This document shows, piece by piece, positions 13,461-26,600 of a stretch of DNA of 64,000 nt. The translations under genes and the position numbers were made by a program. The notes below the pieces were generated by a model. That model had not been told where the DNA came from, made no database searches, and saw only the letters and a program-made list of their open reading frames with translations. The stretch's first letter is position 1. Every line of letters begins with the position of its first letter. The DNA lies in contig CBFHFQ010000250.1 in the NCBI GenBank assembly GCA_965655095.1, forward strand, positions 1 to 64,000. Reading direction: 5' to 3'. The stretch is from Haplodiscus bocki (lineage: Eukaryota).

Positions 13461-13890
13461 ATGACAAGAGGTGAAGACTTTATTAATAAGGGAAATTGTA
13501 AAAATAATCATTTTTTAGCTATGTAAAATTCACCATGCTGTGATCTAAATAGTAAGGGTGATTTAGTTAAATTACTTGATCTTTGTCATAATCCAAGCTG
13601 CAAATATCAAAAACAAATTATTTTTTCAAGCAATCAGATGCAACTTCAAAGAGCAGGATTTAAAAATACCATGAAAGAATTTAAAGGTAGTCAGAAAGCT
13701 TAGAATTCTTTTCTTAAACCAACAATAGACACTCTAGCACCTGTCACTGGCATGGCTGTTGGAGCTAGGAGCAAAAATCCACAAGTTGCACAAGCTACGA
13801 CAATTTTCTTTGAAAGTATACCAGGAGGTAAGATTTTGAGTGTAAGCGACATGCACTCAGGTACTGGTTTAAGATTACGAAACATGTAAA
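13461..13890 (+). pseudogene. P1 basic core-like protein
   Basis: AGFKNTMK...FLKPTIDTLAPVTGMAVGARSKNPQVAQAT...HSGTGLRL; P2 homolog ends DEQGSGLRLKV. Confidence 0.4.
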
Positions 13891-13917
13891 TCATTCCGAA
13901 TAAAGTTAATATTACAA

Positions 13918-14518
13918 ATGAGTAACCTAAATGAAATTTTACAGAAAAGTTCTAGTAGTGAATTTATACAATTGATTGCAATTTTCAACAAAGATGAACA
14001 TAGAAAAGATGGTGATTTTCCCCAATGGATAGATTGTCGTAAGGATTTCTTTGTAAAAAACTTGGACAAAGTTGAAAATAATAATGAACAAAAAAGAGAA
14101 AGAAAGAAACACATATCTTAAAAACAAACGAAAAACGAATGTTAACTTTCGTTTGATCAGCAATACAAAAAATTGGGTTTATAAATCCTGAAAAGATATG
14201 ACAAAACAATCAACATCGAGAAATATATTAGTTTTAGATAATAATACTTATAGGAGGTTGATTGAGTATCAATTTACACCAGAGATGATTTGGTCTAATG
14301 AAGAAAAAGATCAGGTAAAACCAATATGTTTATTTGATGTCTCTAAAGACGAAGAGTTAGGGGAAGCATTTCATTGCAAAAACACACAACCAAAACTCAA
14401 AGAAGCTCCTTCTCAAAAAGGAAATAGAAATGTTTTCCTAGATTATCAATTACAATTTATTAAAGCTTATCAATTTATCAAAGTAAAAGAAGAAGGACAT
14501 AATGGAGATATTTATTGA
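13918..14518 (+). pseudogene. P1 HNH/endonuclease-like gene
   Basis: PEMIWSNEEKDQVKPICLFDVSKDEELGEAFHCKNTQP matches the degenerate (W)xIDHxxP...FD...FHxxNxQP pattern; P2 homolog reads EIDQSIPDSSFNLSNENEMRKC..INLRPM. Confidence 0.55.
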
Positions 14519-15313
14519 TGCAACATATAGTAAACCTCCGATGAGAAGTTATCCAACCAATAAAATAACATACAATCATATTGATGAAATATGGAGTATT
14601 GATTTAGCAGACGTGATTGATTTTAAATTATCTAACAATAAAGGATTTAGGTATGTATTCGTTGTATTTGACAATTTTTCAAAATATACTTGGTGTATTC
14701 CAATCAAAAACCAAAATATTAATACCATAACAAAAGATCGAAACAATCTACTGTTAAATTAGAATCTGATAGAGGGACAGAATTTTAAAGTTCTTTTTTT
14801 CAAAAATATTCAAAGGCTAAAAACATAAATCATTATTCAAGATTCCCAGATAAAGGCTCGTCGATAGCAAAACGAGTCATTGGAACTATACGTAATATAT
14901 TAAGGAAACCAGTATTTGCAAAAAGAAATGCTGATTGGGTATCTGAATTTTCACCTGTTATTAAGGAATACAATATAACAAGCCAGAGCTCAATGAAATT
15001 GCTTCCACTTGAATCTTGTTAGAACTTAAAGGTAAATATTGTATTTTCAACATTTCAAATCAAGAGAAAAAAAATTAAATTTTACTTAGCAGAATTAGTT
15101 AGAACATCTGATATTTTAAAAGTTTTTTCGAAAGGAGATTCAACAAATTGGTCTTCTATGTTATATACAATAACAGAATTAAAACACGACATAATCCCTT
15201 GCTAACGGCTCATCTTTTTACCTGCTAGATAGAACAAGAATCTATCAAGATCAAAAAGACCAACACCAGATGAAAATAATCAAGTTATGAAGAAATTAAG
15301 CTTAATTGAATAT
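14502..15313 (+). pseudogene. P1 retroviral-like (rve) integrase
   Basis: IDEIWSIDLAD...GFRYVFVVFDNFSKYTWCIP, ESDRGTEF (second catalytic Asp), VFSKGDSTNWS. Confidence 0.9.
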
Positions 15314-16748
15314 AAAAGGACTTCATAAATGGAACTATCAGATGATGAAAATATTCATAAATAAGGTAAAAGAAGTGGGAATTGTAGTTGAAAAACTCTT
15401 CTACCATACGAATATGAATTAACCTGTATTGCCTTTGGGTATAATGTAATTAAACGAAAAAATGAACTCGTTAAATTTTCAAGAAAAGAAATTTTACTGA
15501 ATGATTAGAATATGTCGAACAAAAGAAATTTGTATTTGTATAGATGGTTATAAAAGAATCAAGGTTATGATTATGATAAAACACATGAAGTTTTAAGCAA
15601 ATTAAAGAATAAGAATTTAAAAAATAACAATATCTTTATCGAAAAAAGTAAAGATAAGAGCCAAAACCCTGATTTTGAACAAATTTCTTATTCAAGAATA
15701 ACTGAAGATATTTAGAAAGTTGGTCATGATGGTATTAGACCACTGAAATGGCTTGCTTATTATGATAGATCTCATTAGGAAAAAATAAATTACTATGATT
15801 TGATGGTATCTGTTTCAAAACATTCAAGTGAAATATCTGAACGGTATATATTATCTTGAAGTAAAAGACAAACGATTTAGCATTCACCCAGATGGAAATA
15901 TTTTATTACGAAAACGAGATCCACCAAAACCTCCTAGAACTCAATAACAAATTCAAAATGGAACGGAGATTAGAAAAAATCAAAAAGTTATTAGAAAGGA
16001 TAATGATCAATTAGTAGTTTAAAATTATCCTAAAAAGTAAAAAGCAATTATTCATCAACTACAACCTAAATTTAAACCACCGAATTGATTTTCCTGCAAA
16101 CGAAATATTTGAAGAGAATTCAGTCAGGGTTTGAATTGCCAAAGTCCAGAATGTGAATTTATTAACAATGAACAAAAACATCAAATAGATAAAATTTCTT
16201 AGAAAAGATCATTTTCTTTCTACAAGATAACTTATGCTAATAAAAAGATAAGAGAAATATATTATTCTATGGTTAATACTATATAACTTTCAACTGGAGA
16301 TATGATTAAAAATTTACAATGTTTAAAAGGAAAAACAACACTGAAATTTTGTCAAAATCTAAGTAGTTCTTTTGATGAAATGAATTATAGAAGACAAAGT
16401 GGAAAGTTTCAATTTGAAGAAGATCCATTTGCTAATGAAGCCGAAGGAATGAGTATAAATTATCAAGAACATATTTTCTTTGAAATTCCCACAAACAAAG
16501 CCACCGGTTAAAAGTATGAATATTATGTATTAATATTTATACTATACTGTTTTTAAGAACAGAGATGAGAAAGAATTTAGAAAGGATGAATGTAATTATA
16601 TTACTTATTATACTTTATATGGGAAACTTTTTCTACCAAATCATGATATAAGAATTAAACCTCGTGAAACAACATTAAGGTAGAGTAAAATGAGATATCA
16701 CATAAATCTTTTCAAGCTTTTTATCCTAAACTTAAATAGAGGCGGAAA

Positions 16749-19526
16749 ATGGAAAATAGCTGCAGATAAGACATTTGTAAAATTGATGTTCATCGGGCAT
16801 CTATGAGTAAACACTTGAAAAGTGAACAACATGTTGAAAATTTAAACCAAGACTAAAGAATTAGACCCCCTTGCTTATTTGGAAGAGAGGAAGGACCCGT
16901 TAAATATAAATTTTTAAAAATGTACAATACTGAACGCTTACGACATATGGCTGGAGAAATTGATTTAAAAAATGATAAAGAATTGAATATAAAACTGGCG
17001 ATAAAAATTGATTAATCCATATTTTTGTACATATGAAAATTTAAAAATAGGGTTCAAAATTAATCTAGATGGTCATGATATTAATCAATATATCATTTAA
17101 CTTTTTTTACAAATGAAAATACTTTAATAGATCCTAATAATAAATGTGAGCAACAAGCAATAACCACTATAAGAACTTCAAGTGAACCATATCTTCAATG
17201 GAAAAAAAAACATTTTTATTGGAATCCAATGTATTTTAGGATTAATGCATATTTTGAATATGAAAATGAAATCGGTTATTCTAGTTTAGGTATTTAAACA
17301 ACTGAAATTTATAAACAAAATCCAGTATGTAATAGTTATCATATAATATCTGAAGTGGAGAATGTTTTAAAGAGTGGTTATTATAGTTCTAATTTAGATT
17401 ATGACCATTTAGATTGGTTTGTTAATGAGGTTAAAAATTTAGAAAATAAAATGGCAATCCATTTTAAAAACAGTAATTAGGATATTATAATGACTGAGGA
17501 TGATAAGGAGGATTTTATAAATAATACTAAATGTCACTTTTGAGAAAAAGAAAATTTAATGGGAAAAGTTAGAGATCATTGTCATTTGACTGGTAAAAAT
17601 AGAGGTCCAGCTCATAATAATTGTAATATTAATGTCACACAGAAACAAAGTGATATTACACCATTTTTATTTCACAGTTTTAGTATTTATGATTGTCATC
17701 TATCCTTCAGGAAAATATTTGATGGATTGAAGGATAAGTAAATTTTGCTATTATACCTGACACAAATGAAGAATACGTGTCAGTATCATATGGAATTATT
17801 AGATTCATTGATTCTTATTGATGTTTATCATGTAGTCTAGATAATTTAGTTAAAACATTAGGTAGTGATGATTTCAGTGTATTGAAAAAAGAATTTGCTG
17901 ATAATTGGCAATATTTAAAAAAATTAGCATATACCTTTGAATATTTTAATGGTATCCATGATTATAAAAAACCGGTTGATAATTTGAAAAGAGAGGTCTT
18001 TTTCAACTAACTAAAACACAAATATCCTGATTATGGAGAAATAGAACGAACAAGGGAAGTTATTAAATTATTTGATATTAAAAATGGAGAAGAACTAACA
18101 CAAATATATTTGAGAAGTGATATAGTTATTTTAGTGGACGTTTTTGAAAAATTCTTTAAAGTATCAGTTGAAAAGTTTGACAATTATCATCTATGTGGTG
18201 TGAGTTTGCATTCTTATACTTATCAATGTGGTTTAAATTATACTAGTATTAAATTCAAACACTTCAAGAAAAAGATTTGATTTTATTATTAGAAAATAAT
18301 ATTAGAGAAGGTATAGGCTCAGTTATAGGTAATAGATATGTAAAATCAGATGAAAATAAAAAGATCTTGTTTAATGATGCTAATAATTTATATCGTCATT
18401 CAATGTCGAATGTCTTACCTCACGATGGAAATGAAATGAGCTATGGTCATCCAAACCATTATTCGAAAAACTTAGAAGAATTTTTAAGAACTCCTGATGA
18501 TAGTGAAGTTGGTTAGTTCCTTGAAGTTGATATAAAATTTCCAGATGGAAAATAACAAAAAACTAGAACAATTCCCTTTTGTCCAGAAACTAACGTTAGT
18601 CCTAAAGATAAATTTAGTAAACATATGAATGTTATAAAACCGGATAATCAATCACAAGTTATACATATTTGATTCATTATAGGTTGTTAGAATTTTATGT
18701 TGGACATGGGATGGTAGTTGGTAGTTCATGAGATAATTTCACTTAAACAAAGTACGTGGTTGGGAAAGTATACAAAAAATAATACTCAGAAGAAAACTTC
18801 GGCAAAAAAATGATTTTGAAAAAAAATTCGGTAAATTACTTAAAAACTCCTTCTATGGAAAAACAATAGAAAATGATAGAAGTCGAGTGAGATTAGAATT
18901 TATAGAAAAATGATACTGAAAAAAATATTATGAAACAACAATCAAAATTAACTTTCAACAGAAATTAAAACCCATATGAAAATTGTGATAGTTTTATATT
19001 TAAGAGAAATGAATTTCTTATGGACAAACCAATTTATTTAGGATTCGCAGTATTAGAATTGAGTAATTTATTATTGTATGAGATATATTTTGATAAACTA
19101 CAACCATATGTTGGTGACTAAAATCTACAATTACGTTATATATATACTGATAGTTTCATATTGAGTGTGAATTCACATGATATTTACAAAGACTTACAAA
19201 ATCTTGGAGACTTATTTGATTTCAGCAATTTAAACAAAGATCATGAATTAGTCAGAAATAAAAAACCAAAAATTAATTTGTATATTCAAATTAGAAACTC
19301 CTAAAAACATTTGGATTGATGAAGGTATTTGTTTAAGATCAAAAACTTATTCATTTAAATGTGGAGATGATAATGAAAGTAAAAACAAATTGAATGGTAT
19401 TTCTAAATCTCAAATCAAACATCCTAAATTTGAAGAAAATAAAAAATATTTAGATGGTGAAGATTATCTCCCTTCGATGATAAAAAATGTTATGTCAAAA
19501 GAATTGAAAGTAAACTTTGGAATTGA
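16749..19526 (+). pseudogene. P1 protein-primed family B DNA polymerase (pPolB)
   Basis: N-terminal zinc finger; KVRDHCHLTGKNRGPAHNNCN; NIREGIG...FNDANNLY (motif A); KLLKNSFYGKT (motif B); YIYTDSF (motif C); PFDDKKCY tail. Many stops and frameshifts. Confidence 0.93.
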
Positions 19527-20131
19527 AAGTGAAATTTCATCTACTTCTAGAATATAACATAATTATATAAAATCACCTAATCTAAAAATTTCTTTTTTGA
19601 ACGATATTATGAAAATAGATTCATAAGTTGATGTAATCTTATAATTTGATAAAGATTTATAATTTCACTTACTTTTATAATTTCATTTAATTTTTTAATT
19701 TAACAAAATTTTATAAATTCGTTTCCACTTACTTTTATAATTTCCTGTATACCGCCACTCATATGGTATAAATTTTTAGTTTTATTCTAATTTCTCGAGT
19801 ACCCTCTTGATAAAACTACTCAAATTGTTTTTACAAAATTAATTTTTCACTCCTGTGTACCCCGCTGATATAGTATTATTTTTATTAATTTTCACTGTTT
19901 TCGAATAGTTTTACTTAATTTTTTTTTCCTGTGTAAACCCATTGATATAGTATAATTTTGGTTATTATTTTTCTTTTGTGTACCTCCATTGATATAGTAT
20001 AATTTTTTTTGAATTTTTACCTAATTTTTTCCGGTGTACTCCCAGTGATATAGTAGAATTTTTATTAAGTTTTTTAACTCAATTTTTACTGCGTTCGCGG
20101 CTTTTGGCGTCAATTTTTTTTACACACAACT
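19465..20131. repeat. P1 right terminal inverted repeat
   Basis: Reverse complement of the left TIR; copies of tcctgtgtacccc..tgatatagtat at ~19745, 19851, 19927, 19977 and 20031. Confidence 0.88.
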
Positions 20132-21633
20132 CATTACTATTGATTCAGAGTTGCTCATACAGTAGTACTTTGAAAGAATCGAGATTAGGATCTTTCATTG
20201 AAGGTTTTTAGCCAATTAGATCTCGTTGTTTGCTCTCAAATCGCAATGTCAGTGCAACTTAGTATTTGCCAGTTTTGGTAATCTCTTTCGTTTTTTTTAA
20301 GTTTGACCAAGTTGAGAACAATTTTTTTTGAGAATATGTACATCACAAAAATTCCCCAGAATTTCTTGAATCCTGTGATATTTTTTGATTGACGAAATAT
20401 TTTGAATTTAAACAGATATTGCAATTTTTCAAAATACATTTCCTAAACCTATCTTAGAACATGTAACTCCAATGTTCATTGTACAAAACAGCAATTTTGT
20501 ACAATTTGAAACATTTTGAAAACTAAGCATAGAAATAGTTTCAGGATGTTTAGTGCAACTTTTACGTACAAATTTTGTCCGAAACAATTTTCTTTGAGGA
20601 CTTTAAATTTCAAAAAAATAGGAAATTCATTCAAAATTGTATAAAAATTGCCAATTCTAATTTTTGCTTTTTTTGGTCCCAAAGTTCTGCAACAAGAACG
20701 ATTGTTAACTAGCTAAAAATCTAAGAATATTTTTTCTATTGAAATTAATCGCTTCGAGTAGTTTCAAAAGTTTTGTCGACTAAAGTTGGAGTTGGTCAAA
20801 TAATGCATAGAAGTTCCATTCTTTCAAAAACACTTTTGGTTTTTTTTCCTTGACGTTTTGACCATTAAGCTATTATTTCCTGACAAGTTACTCGACGCGG
20901 GCAGTTATAAACTTAATTGTAACGTTGTAAGTTTGCCTGTCACCTGTAAAACTAATTAATTTGCATCTAAAAACTTGCAAAGCTTCTTTTGTTTTTCGTA
21001 TGCCAAATTTTGAAAGCAAACTACAAAACCCCGCCTATTTTTATGAAATTCTTTGAAAAAATATGAAAGACAACATCACAGCAGGAGATAAAGTTTAGGC
21101 ACGGGAAGTTTTATATGAATGATCCAAAATGATTCAAAAATTGTTTGGTAACATATAAAATCTTTCTTGCTTTTTAGATATAGATATACCGTCATGGGAA
21201 AAAAATTTTGACTAAAATAATTAGGAGACGAATTTCCCAAATTTGATTTGAAAACACTCATCGCAGGGGCAGATTCGACATTTTGATGTGAATTTCCGAC
21301 AGAAAATGTTTAGTTTGTAAATGAATTATTCGTCAAGTACACAGTGAAAAATAATGAAAATTACAGTAATAGTCGGTCACTTTTATTGGAAGCGCCAACT
21401 GGAAAGGTTTCGAATTTTTTGCTTGAACATGAGACTCATCCGAAAACTCTCAAAAACGGTTTCCTTTCAGCGTTACTTTCTCATATTTTCTGTAGACAAC
21501 TTAGGAAAGTGGAATTAAGAAAATCAAAAGATCTCGTTATAGACACTACCTTTGGTTTCCCATGCTTTTTGAACTAAAACATAAGTTGATAGTGCTACAA
21601 AAACAAACTTGATGAAATACATTGCATTTACAG

Positions 21634-21836
21634 ATGGTAATACTGTTCCCACAATTTCCCAATTGTCAGTAATCCACGATGAGTTTGGGGAAAGTTGGGC
21701 GGTATCCGAAGAAGACTCATTGTTTTCCCCCGAAGTGTCTGCCATGATACATGAAGACATCTCCAAAGGTAGTCCTTACACACCTGTGTACACAGCGCAG
21801 TTTCAAAGTGAAGAATTGAAGACAGCAGCTGAAGAG
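21634..21836 (+). CDS. Host gene exon C: end of VWD domain
   Basis: Acceptor tttacAG (21632-21633); phase-1 join gives ...NDLLAK-DGNTVPTISQLSVIHDEFGESWAV, the FGESW motif that ends VWD domains; donor GTTAGT at 21837. Confidence 0.85.
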
Positions 21837-23697
21837 GTTAGTGTGACGTATTTCCTCAGCTCAGTTCAGTCTGAAGATTTTGGTCACAATATCTCATTTT
21901 CATATTACTTAACATCCCGAATTCAATCTAAAACTCAAGAGCGATGGAGCTTTCAAAAATTCTGCATACAAACCAAAGCACACAAGAGCAAAGTTTTTTC
22001 AAAAATGACGTGTTTCTCTTTTTTCCGTATTTTCGACAATGACAATCCTCTGTAACGCTTGGTACAGTTGAGTGATAAAAATAGTGGACTTTTATAAACT
22101 CTGAATAAAGTTTTCTGGTCCAGTAAAATCAAGCAATCACGCACAATATAGGACGTAAAATAGGAAGTGGACCTAAAAATAGGACGCATAGGACGCACAG
22201 TGTGCATAGTATTATAGAGCGTGGACCTAGAACGTACAAATGATATTATATGTAAAAAAGGATATGCTAACATACCTGTGATTGTGTTTGGTAATGTATA
22301 CGTTATTGTGATTGTCTTTGGTAACACGCAAGCTTACAATTTTGAAAACATGTACTTCCACATTTATATGAACAAAAAATTGAGGAGAAATTGTTGCACG
22401 TGCACTTTTATGACTACGGGAAAACAAAAAAACACCGTTTTTGTAGATCAGAATTGAACGCATTCCCACGAAGCTGACAGTATGATATGTATGTAAACTA
22501 GTTTTTCTCTTTTTTTATTTCGTCTCCTCTAGCAGATTGGCAATGAGAATGACATTGACTAGAGTTAGGGCTTTGCGCATAGTCGTAGTATTTGTGGTTC
22601 ACTACTATCCAACGTCCCACTATCTTTGTCGTGCAATGTTCATGAAGCTATAGGAAAACTGTCTACATCACGAAGCTTGAAAAATATGACTTGGTCGATG
22701 GGGAACTTCACCAAGAATGCCCACTCGAAGATGCCTGAAAAGAATAGAAATGAAAGTTGGTCAGTGATATTTTTGTTTGTGATTGATTGATTAATTAAAG
22801 ATGAAAAAAATGTGATTTCTCAGAATTATGTTCGCGATACGAACTGTTGGCAAAGCCAGCATGATGACTGGCACATGGTTTTTAGGTATATCCCAATGAA
22901 TATTTGTCGAATTGGTGTCAAGTACGTAGTGTTGTATTTATGATTGAAATAGAATTTTTTTCCCGAGAAAAGTTATAGGAAAATAGGGAAAAATATGTGA
23001 AAAACACACATTGTAACATATCTCCACAAGGTTTGGTATTGGACTTACCATCTCATCATGGTCAGGTCGGAAGTTGGCGATCTTGGTTTCGACCACTTTC
23101 TCATACCCTAATTAGTCTGCCCTGTAAGTTTGAGCTTCATATCTACCAAAGTTTTCGAAAAAAGTATTTTTGACAAAGATCAAAAGCGCAAAATTAATTT
23201 AAAATCAATCAAGTGGAAACCTCTTCTTTTTCCTTTCAAACTTTTCCACGGTCACTCAAAATATGTATGGATTATTGAATCAACGAAAATTTGACTTGGA
23301 ATTAACTACATAATACTCTTGAAAAGCTCTTTAAAAGGCCAATTAATTGGTTATTTTGTCAGAAAATTCGGCAGATTTTTCTACCATCAAAGAACCTGAA
23401 ACTAACCTCGATCAATGTCTTTCAATGAAAAAAGTGTGAAATAATAGTGTTAATTTATATATCACTAAAAAGGCCTCGACAAGGCCATTCTAATGAAAGA
23501 ATTTTTTGGAACGTTGGTTGAAGTTATCAGCATCAAAACTCTAAGACTGGCTTTAAAACATGGTATGTCAATGAAAATTTTCATTATTTGTGGCGTTTTT
23601 CAAAACGATTAAAAAGGTCTTGAAGAAGTCGATTAATTGTAAAATTTTCCGAGAAAAATTTTTCTTTATGAAAACCTAAACCTCCAAAACTTAGGAT

Positions 23698-26600
23698 CAA
23701 GGCTTTTTTTTGATAATATTCAAACACTTACGTTTGTCATCGGATGCATTCAATGTAAGTTTGCTAACTCTTCGTGAGAAAATTTCATGACTTTTGGTTC
23801 AAAGAACATAATTGTCAGTTTTTTCATTGACATTCTTTCCACTCGTTGAAAGGACCCAATACAGACATTTTATAAACTCATCAACTTTTTAATGTTTTTG
23901 TAACATTTCTAGTAATTTCGTTAAGCTTTTTCTTTTGACCAACCTTATCAGGTTTGCTATATGCAAATGCTCTTTGATCATATTACACGAAAGTTCATCT
24001 GTGTTTATTTTATCAAACTTTTTTGTTTTGAAATTACCATCTACAACTGTATTCTTATTACATTATAAAGGATGATCATTAGCAGTTTTTTTATAATCAA
24101 ACAAACCTTTTTCCTCTTGTAATTTAGGTAAGTCCTTAATCAACTTTTCTTTTCTCTTGAAACCAATTACAAAAGAATCTCAACTCATGTAATGTAATTG
24201 CATATTTCCTTCTAGCTGGGGATCAACGAATTATTGCAATATATCATAATAGGTTTCATGCATAATTAACTTCGAGAGTTCCAAAGTTGTGAAATCTAAA
24301 AAGATGGTTTATCGAACATTAATTCTTTATTCTTTAAGGTATACACATCAAAACCTTGGTATGACCTTGCCCCATCAATTTGTATTTCATTATTCGATTC
24401 TACCATTCTGGTTCCCTCAATCGCAGTTTTAATTTTTAATTAATTTTCATTCCTAACAATATCCATAGTCTTCCCATGATTTGCCTTGTTTGACAAATTA
24501 TAAAAAGAAAGTGTTTTGGAATAGGTCTGTTGTTGCAGTCGATTTTTTCTTGTGTTTAGGTCAATGTATGGGGCCAACAATGGTGTTTGTTTGAACGAAT
24601 CTCTGTATTCAGTTTCTTGTTTTTCGTTCCCATTCTTTTTAAGGGTTTTAGATGTCCTTACGGTTTTAAAAAGTTTTTCTTCTCACGCCAATCTCATTTT
24701 AGTTTATCACTTGATCTCAATCTTTTCAGCTTCATGGAATTCCAATAATCAGTGAAATCACTAATGTTTGCTTTTTGTTGTCAGTAGAAAGTGGGAAGTT
24801 TTTACTTGTTTCTTTAACAAAATCAGGACATGAAATATCAACTTCTACACTGTAACCCGATCCTGCAAAATCATCAGTCTTTAAAAATTCTTCTAAATCA
24901 ACTGATTTGGTGAAGTTTTCATCTTTGTAGGGTAAAAGATGACTCATTTACCAACCAGAGAGAGTGTTGGAGTCATTATAAAATATTTTCAGCAACAGAG
25001 ACGATTGCAGATTGTTCAACGATTTTTACCAGTTAGATGACAATGATCTCTCACCCTTCGATTAACTTTATCATGCATGAATATCAATCAGAAAAGATAA
25101 AGGTGCGGAAGGTTGATTACATAATCAACATTCAGTAGCATTCCCGGAATTCATCTTCAAATTCTTCAGTCATAGCTAATGGAACATTTGCGTCATCAAA
25201 GTAAAATTTCATTTTGTTTTCAAGTTTCATCTTTTCATTAACACACTATTCATCATTACGTTATCCAAAAAGTTCCTGATAGCCCGATTTAACACTATCG
25301 GTAATTCAGGTTTGAAAAATCAACCGGGATCAAGAACTTTCGGGTGATGATTATTCTGGGTCTTTGATATCACTCTGCAATTTTTAGGTGTTTTTTCACT
25401 TAGATCTAAAGGAAGCTCGGTGCTAGCGTTTAAACACACAAAATAACAGTAAACTCTAATAGGAACAGAACCCTCATACTCTTTCGGTCTGAAAGAGAGC
25501 CAATCTTCTTTGGGAAAATCCATTGTACAAGAACCATTTGTCAGACAATTTATTTGCACTTTTCTTATTTAAAACTAATCTTCAAATGAAATCAAACAGT
25601 TTCAACATTCATGATTTTTAATAGAACTGCCTAGGAATATATGTAACTTTTTAATCAAACAATATTGATTTTCCTACCATAACAAGTCTAATGGTTCACT
25701 CTCACTATCTGAAAAAAAAATGGTAAGAGTTTAAACATATGTAACTTTAACGTTGAGTTCAAATAAATCAGGTTTTAATTTATTCTTAGGTCCTGACTTC
25801 GCAAAATCTTCAATTCTCAATCCATAAGTAAAATCATTACTTCCTATATCCAGTCTGTTGAAGTATGGTTCATAATTAGATGTACTGTTTTGATTGGTTG
25901 TTGAATGGAAAACATTTTGCACAAAACTAATTCCTTTTTATGTTTAAAAGGGCTTGGTTGTTAACAGTTAACTCTTTGTATGTCTCACCCACGAGAGAAT
26001 TTGTTTTATACATTTTTTTTTGCATTGAAATGTTTTTTTTTTCATTTCCCAATCCATATCCTTCTCGCTTCAAATTTTCAATTCCTAATTCCATTTTATG
26101 GTTTATCGAAATTTTCGATGATTCTAATTCTATTTGAATTTTAAATTTTTTTCTAACCTAATGTCATGATCTTCTCTTCCACATTTTCCTGCATCACATG
26201 TTTTTTCCACAGTGGCAAAGTGAGCTCAATTGATACTTGAAGTTTGGTTGAATTAGTAATCTAGCCAAGAGTGCTGTTATTTGTTCAGTTAGTTGCACAA
26301 TATCACCTCTTAATATTCGATCGTCTTGTGGTTAATTTGTAAATTTTGATGTAGTTGTTTGCCCAAATGAATCTAGAGTATGGCTCTCAAGAGTTATATG
26401 GTACAGTATATCATTGTAATATCTATTGATAGATGTAGTAATACCTGGGGTTGGTATGTTATTGTTCCCTGATATTTTGAAAAGCTAATTCTTTCAGTAA
26501 TGGGGGTTGTAAAATGTTCACTTCTTCCCTTACTCTCAAAGAACCTTGATTAACTATATCTTTCTTAGATCTTATATGTTTATCGCAAAATGTCCTTCTA

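Larger units (their letters stand above)
4968..20131 (+). mobile_element. P1: full-length, pseudogenised Polinton/Maverick (adintovirus-like) element in host intron
   Basis: Begins AGTAGTGTGTAA, ends TTACACACAACT (AG...CT termini, inverted). Long TIRs; flanks aactac/cattac (4/6 match, possible decayed 6-bp TSD). Contains ATPase, penton, major capsid, adenain protease, fibre-like, HNH, integrase and pPolB remnants. Confidence 0.93.

Noticed and set aside
19740-20060. Spaced repeats in the P1 TIR as a CRISPR-like array
   Set aside because: Repeats are degenerate, spacers are low-complexity and irregular, and the array is mirrored in the other TIR.
21953-22469. ORFs 21953-22327(-), 22221-22457(+) and 22227-22469(-) as genes
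   Set aside because: Low-complexity, no motifs, no splice support; they lie in intronic repeat-like DNA.
22051-23017. Possible solo LTR starting TGTAACG with short taggacg repeats
   Set aside because: No matching TSD or defensible 3' end found.
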